A DNA stretch of 64,000 nucleotides. It comes from Octopus sinensis. Taxonomy: Eukaryota. Below are positions 61,291 to 64,000 of the stretch, piece after piece. The notes under the pieces are model-generated. The model was not told the origin of the DNA, made no database searches, and saw only the letters and a program-made list of their open reading frames with translations. Numbering within the stretch: the stretch's first letter is position 1; each line of letters begins with the position of its first letter. The DNA is taken from positions 5,022,001-5,086,000 of the forward strand of contig NC_043006.1 in assembly GCF_006345805.1 (NCBI RefSeq). The letters are read 5' to 3'. The position numbers and the translations under genes were made by a program.

Positions 61291-61449
61291 CAATTGAAGA
61301 ATTAGATTTTTCTGTTATATTTTCTCTAATTAACTGGAATATCTATGTTTCGAATTTCATCAAAATTGCAGATGAGGGTTATTTCCTTCTTTACACACCC
61401 CAAAAATTGTAATCGTGCCACATATATCCCATACTACTAATTTTTATGC

Positions 61450-61705
61450 GCATATTCCAAAATTCCAGTCTTATTGAACCTGTTAAAAAGATTTTGCTCC
61501 TGAAAAATGAAGGTCATGGAGCTCTAAAATGTGAGAGTTAAGGCCCCCGTTGGGGGTGGGCATCTTAATGTCAACCAGGGAAGTTGAATTGTTGAGAATC
61601 TTTTTTACTTGGGTCTTATATCTATTGTTTGAACTTCTTTGAAATAGGAAATATATGTTCACTGGGTTTGTAAAAGAGAGCAAAGCTACAGGAAACCAAA
61701 AGACG
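61450..61705 (-). mobile_element. Orphan Tx1 copy-2-family 5' UTR fragment (further piece inverted at ~61853-61900)
   Basis: Near-identical to ~43357-43610. Confidence 0.9.
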
Positions 61706-63311
61706 AATGATCACAATAAGCAGTCAGTTACCCTACCCTAGTCGTTACCATTCCCAATGTAGGATTCCTCACCATGCAGGTGACAGGCACAGCCGTAAGA
61801 TGCATTACGAATCTATATCAATTGGAAGGGCGTGACCCAACTGAAATCAACATTAACAACTGTGTGACGTGAGGGCTAAGGAGAAATGAAAGTTGGAGTT
61901 TGCAAATGACCACTATAGTGATACGTAACTGGACAGAATAAATATACAATCTATAAATGTCTTTGAATAACCAGTCACTCGTCTGGGAAGGCCTTAAAAT
62001 CAATGTTACCATGTGTGACCCAGTGATAATAAAAAGATTGAAAGTAGATCTGCAATCAAATAACTTTACTCAACACTTTACAACTGAATCAGTGGAGGCA
62101 AAGATGCCTCTCATTTACTTGACAATTTATGCAGCACATTGCAGAAATCACAATCTAAGTGTATGTCAAAGCAAACTCTTACACTGTTGTACCATTTAAT
62201 TACAAATAATGCGCATCTTCTATGCTCAGATGACCCCACAGCTTCCAAGAGCACAACTGTATTCGTCTTTGTTTAGACAAATAGTTGGCCTCATCTTAAA
62301 ACTAAGTGTTACTTCTCTACCAATGGCAGTTTTCAAATCAGCGTCTCAAAACGTATTTCAGATCTATCCAAAAATTATTTCAGGTGCAAATTCCTTGTCG
62401 ACAAATACTGTTTGACTACGACTTTATTAAATTAAACTAACTATTTACGTCTAACTTCATAATACATCATCTTAAAACGAGCCACATATACATTACTCGA
62501 GCTTGTTCCTATCGAGTACATAACATATTTCATCAACAACAATATGGCACGTTACCCTACTTTATCTCTCTTTCATAAAGAACGAAATGTTTCCACTCCA
62601 GACGCACAAAGTAGGAGTTATGTGATATCCTGCCTGTCTTTTCATAAGAAGATACTATAAAAAGCATTCTGTTTTATAAATCAATTTATGATATAATGCT
62701 TAACTGTATAAAGTAGGACATCGTTGACCTGCTTGTTCCCTATTTATACGTATTTTATGAAATCCAAGACTGTGTGAAGGAATTATATTTTTCGCGTCTC
62801 CTTAAAGTGGATAAAATTAGTTGTTAGTTACCGGCGTAAATGAAGTTTGGTGTAGCAAACATATTTTATTGGAAGACTGAATACAAGGCTAGAGTGTCAT
62901 TAATTAATTACTAATATATAAGGCTGACAATTAAATTTGATATTTGATCTTAATGGATTGGTATAGATTGTAAATCTGAAAGTGACACTTGACATTGAAG
63001 AATAGGAGTTAAATATTGGATGAACTCTAAAAAAAATGTATAACAGCCAAGTAAATGCTGACATGCAGGGTTTTCGATTTCTGATCCGGCGTTGACACTT
63101 TCTTAATTTATCCTTCACTCAAATTTAATACTGAAATATTTAACAAGAAGAGAGATACCACAGTCTGAAATATCGTTCAAAATATAAACACCATTTTCCC
63201 TTAACTATACTATAGTGCGTGTAGCATTAGGATTTTTGTTCCCATTCACTAGCCAACCTACGCTTTTATTATCAGGAAAGTAACAGCACTGAACAATGTA
63301 CTTTCGATATA

Positions 63312-63522
63312 TACAGGGTATCCCAGAAGTCGCGTACCACCCTAGTTTTTTAAAAGAATACATCCTTATTGATTTTGAAAAACACTGTATTAAAATTAAT
63401 TGTAACAAATGCCCAAATTGAGTACCCTCTACAATAAAACATGCAGAAAAAATATAATAAAATGCTTTAATTATCTTAAATGAAAACCAGAATGGTGCGC
63501 AACTTCTGGGACACTTTGTGTA
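63312..63522. mobile_element. Tc1-type MITE (~210 bp)
   Basis: TA-CAGGGTATCCCAGAAGTCGCGTACCA ... TGGTGCGCAACTTCTGGGACACTTTG-TGTA. Confidence 0.75.
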
Positions 63523-63539
63523 AAACTCTTGAAGTACTC

Positions 63540-64000
63540 AGTACTCAGCTGGTACTTATTTTATCGACTCCGACAGGAAAAGAAAAGGGGGCACTTGTAG
63601 AATTTGAATACAGAACGTAAAGACGGACAAAATATCGCTAAATATTTTGTCCGGGATGCTAACGATTCTGCCACCTCACCGCCTTAACATTAACTTGAAT
63701 GCTGGTTTCAAATTTTGGCAGAGGGCCAAGTTCGGGGGAGGGATTATGTGGGTTATATCGACACTAGTGTTCAACTGGTACTTATTCTATCGACCTCGTA
63801 AGAATGAAAGGAAAAGTCGTTCTCAGCAGAATTTGAACTCAGAACGTAAAGACGAACGAAATACCAGTAAGCATTTTACCCGAAGTCTTAACGATCCTGC
63901 CAGCTCGCTGCTTTAATATTAACATGAATATTAGTTTCGAATTTTGGCACAAGGCCAGCAATCTCAGTAGAAAGGGTTAAGTAGATCACATCGATCCCAA
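63540..64000 (-). mobile_element. Cluster of degenerate SINE family B pieces
   Basis: GAATTTGAA..CAGAACGTAAAGACG and AACGAT.CTGCCA each occur twice. Confidence 0.75.

Overview
AT-rich eukaryotic DNA dense in microsatellites and transposons. It is probably from an octopod cephalopod, inferred from tRNA-derived SINEs resembling the octopus OK/OR families and extreme (TA)n/(CA)n density. I found no supportable host protein-coding exon. The window is a transposon graveyard: three Tx1/L1-clade LINE copies (one full-length with a 20-bp TSD), RTE, CR1 and Penelope fragments, mariner, maT and DD41D Tc1-type elements, piggyBac, Helitron/Helentron pieces, several foldback MITEs and about 25 modular SINEs. 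The standout is at 43.86-46.06 kb on the minus strand. A 439-bp 28S rDNA fragment stops at the R2/L1926 insertion hotspot (CTCTCTT|aaggtag). It runs into a ~1.76-kb ORF-less, hairpin-rich element that carries a split antisense copy of both target flanks inside an HDV-ribozyme-like arrangement. Other notable points are an open Tx1 ORF2 that has lost its YADD catalytic core in frame, and a SINE family whose 3' tail matches the Tx1 3' end. All alignments and folds were done by eye, and coordinates of degenerate elements are approximate.
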